This document shows, one piece after another, positions 61,813-64,000 of a stretch of 64,000 nucleotides of DNA. Both the position numbers and the translations under genes were made by a program. The notes beneath the pieces were generated by a model, which ran no database searches, was not told the DNA's origin, and was given only the letters and a program-made list of their open reading frames with translations. Each line of letters starts with the position of its first letter. Position 1 is the first letter of the stretch. Origin of the DNA: Okamejei kenojei (lineage: Eukaryota); the NCBI GenBank assembly GCA_035221665.1, contig CM069150.1, forward strand, positions 36,580,001 to 36,644,000, written 5' to 3'.

Positions 61813-63012
61813 AAGTTTTAGTTGCTTATATCACTTTATTGGTTGAAATACTTAATTAGCCTTCTGCCCCAATTGCATTAAAACATTTCTATAATTTCTC
61901 ATTTTTATAAATTCTCATGCAACTTTAGTTTTCCCATATTTGCAATCTTACCGCACCTAGATGCCAGAATATTGCTTCCATGAATCAGACCCTGGCCTCC
62001 TGAGCCTCCCATTCTAATCTAATCCACATTCAGTGGCAGTCTTCACTCAGCGGGACTTCCACTCCCTGGAACCGTCCCCATAAATTCCTCCACTTCACTG
62101 CATCTCATGATCTTTTTTTTTTAAATTTCTGCTGCCTTAAACCCTTGGCTATTTTGGCGTTGGCATTGCGGGATAAGTTACAGTTAATTTCAGAAACATT
62201 TCCATTAGTCCCCTGAAGTGAAACAGAGTAAATGAATAAACAAGCGAGTGGTGCTTTGAAATTTGTTTCCCGTGGCAAGAGGCGAAATTGAGCAGGATGC
62301 AAGTTGATTTCAAACGACCACCGTTGCTCATTCGCAGAGTCAATACAGTTAACCGGATAAATACGTTGCACACAGAGGACGTTTTGTACACAGGGGATTT
62401 CTCCACACCTCCCAACTTGTTGTTTACAACATCGGGCAAGATGCTACCATGGTAGGAATGGGTGGCGGTCAGTGGTACCAGTGTTCCACACTGGTTATAA
62501 CGGTTTGAGGTTCTTGGACTGTGTCTGCAATATATTATTTTCCTTTGGGGTCAGGTTCATGCCAGTAGCACATTCTAGTAAGTTTCCACAGCTGAGAAAG
62601 GTTTCCTTAATAAATAGTTCATGAATAGACAAATAGCAGGAAATCACACAAGCAAATTTGCATCAATGTTATGAATTGGAAGGAAGATTAAGGGAGATCA
62701 TACATAGTAAAGCTTACCAGCTAATGACTCCAGTGGAAGACCATGACCCTGTTGAGGCTGGGAAATTGGGAGAAGCTCAGTAGCTTGCTGTAAACCTGCA
62801 GCAATTTGCAAGTGGACATGAATCGTGAGGGTGGATGTAGGGATGGAGGGACTTAACAAAGGAGGACAGCAAAGCAGAATGATTAACATTCTTGTGAGTT
62901 TCCTCCACCTACCCCCATATAAATAATATTAAACTCAGCGTTTTTGCATCTCTTCCTCTTAGTTGGCAAATTTACTGAGAACACGGTGCACCAAATCGAT
63001 CCTGAATACTCA

Positions 63013-63167
63013 CTGCATAAATTAATCAGTTCCCTGCATAAATTAATCAGATTCCTGCATAAATAAATCCGATTCTTGCGTACCGGTAATTAATCAATTT
63101 ATGCGTAGATTAATCAGTTTCCTACATAAATTAATCAGTTTCCTGTGTAAATTAATCAGTTTCCTGC
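63013..63167. repeat. 21-bp minisatellite, ~7 imperfect copies of CCTGCATAAATTAATCAGTTT
   Basis: Seen directly. Confidence 0.88.
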
Positions 63168-63347
63168 CAGATTCAGAGATGTCTAGCAGAAGGCCTCAAT
63201 CCAATTTTAGGCAGTACATGATTAACTGCGGTAAGTTGGCCATCTTTTAACAATGAAATCATCCTGCTTTTACCAAATGAGGTGAGATACATCTCCTCTA
63301 ATGTACTAATGACTGGCAGAAGTACATAATTATTTTTTTTAAGTAAC

Positions 63348-63660
63348 GGGCGGCAAGGTAGCACAGCAGTAGAGTTGCTGTCTTACAGCGCCAGAGACTG
63401 GGGTTCGATCCTGACTATGGGCGCTGTCTGTATTGAGTTTATACATTCTCCGTGTGACCACGTGGGTTTTCTCCGGGTGCTCAGGTTTCCTCCCACATTC
63501 CAAAGACTTATACGTTTGCAGGCTAATTGGCTTGGTAAAATTGTAAATTGTCCCTAGTGTGTGTCGGATAGTGTTAGTGTGCGGGGATCACTGGTCGGCA
63601 CGGGCTCGGTGGGCCGAAAGGCCTGTTTCTGCACTGTTTCTCTAAATAAACGAAACTAAA
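63348..63660 (+). mobile_element. V-SINE (HE1-like), full length
   Basis: gggcggcaaggtagcacagcagtagag...ggggttcgatcctgac...gggccgaaaggcctgtttct...tctaaataaac. Confidence 0.9.
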
Positions 63661-64000
63661 GAAAGAAGCAAAAGAAACCAAGGAAAATCATAATAATTAT
63701 GACACCAGCTCTGAAGCACTAGTGTTTATTATCCACTTAGGGGTGTAAACATTGCACTAATGTAAGCGAGCCAAAGCTGATTTAATCTTTTGTACCATCC
63801 CTCTTTCAATTTTATTAATTTCTTATAGAGCTGGGAGACTTCAAACTGAAGCAATCCTGACTTTAAGACTGGCAACATTCTTTTGCCCCACATTAACTCG
63901 GGACATGTGGATTTACTCAAAGATTTGCTTATGGTGCAGGTGGGTGTGTGCCAGCGATCCCACAGCAGATCAGCACCAGACTTAACTGCTGCCTAATTAA

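Noticed and set aside
63013-63167. CRISPR-like array
   Set aside because: The units are contiguous with no unique spacers, the context is a vertebrate intron and there are no cas genes.
63250-63300. aatgaaatcatc (NEII) as the terminal exon
   Set aside because: There is no AG acceptor in the right position and the downstream residues do not resemble the NFATC2 C-terminus.
63348-63420. tRNA gene
   Set aside because: The A/B boxes belong to the SINE head and run straight into the SINE body; the same holds for all other copies.

Overview
Eukaryotic genomic DNA, AT-rich and repeat-rich. The repeat families suggest a cartilaginous fish, probably a skate or ray (inference). The window lies inside one + strand gene, an NFATC2 (NFAT1) orthologue. 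Five internal coding exons (7522-7694, 12566-12706, 30254-30309, 31259-31388, 36813-37652) have canonical AG/GT sites and compatible phases. They encode the distal Rel-homology region, the KRKR NLS and the C-terminal transactivation domain up to NLDQAYLDD. The upstream exons and the terminal exon were not found. Introns contain tRNA-derived V-SINE/HE1-like SINEs, CR1-type LINE fragments, four PIF/Harbinger-like MITEs, two Tc1-like end fragments, a ~350-bp local duplication, a 21-bp minisatellite and a 234-N gap. The most notable non-genic signal is about 25 copies or fragments of a short fold-back element. It carries a minimal hammerhead-ribozyme core (CTGAAGA-A-GGGT-CTCG-ACCC-GAAA-CGTC) on both strands, sometimes as tandem dimers, and several copies are flanked by 9-16 bp target-site duplications. 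It therefore looks like a non-autonomous, Penelope-type ribozyme-bearing retroelement rather than a MITE. Apart from the NFATC2 exons and decayed LINE fragments, the ORFs in the supplied track are spurious. Repeat boundaries were read by eye and are approximate.
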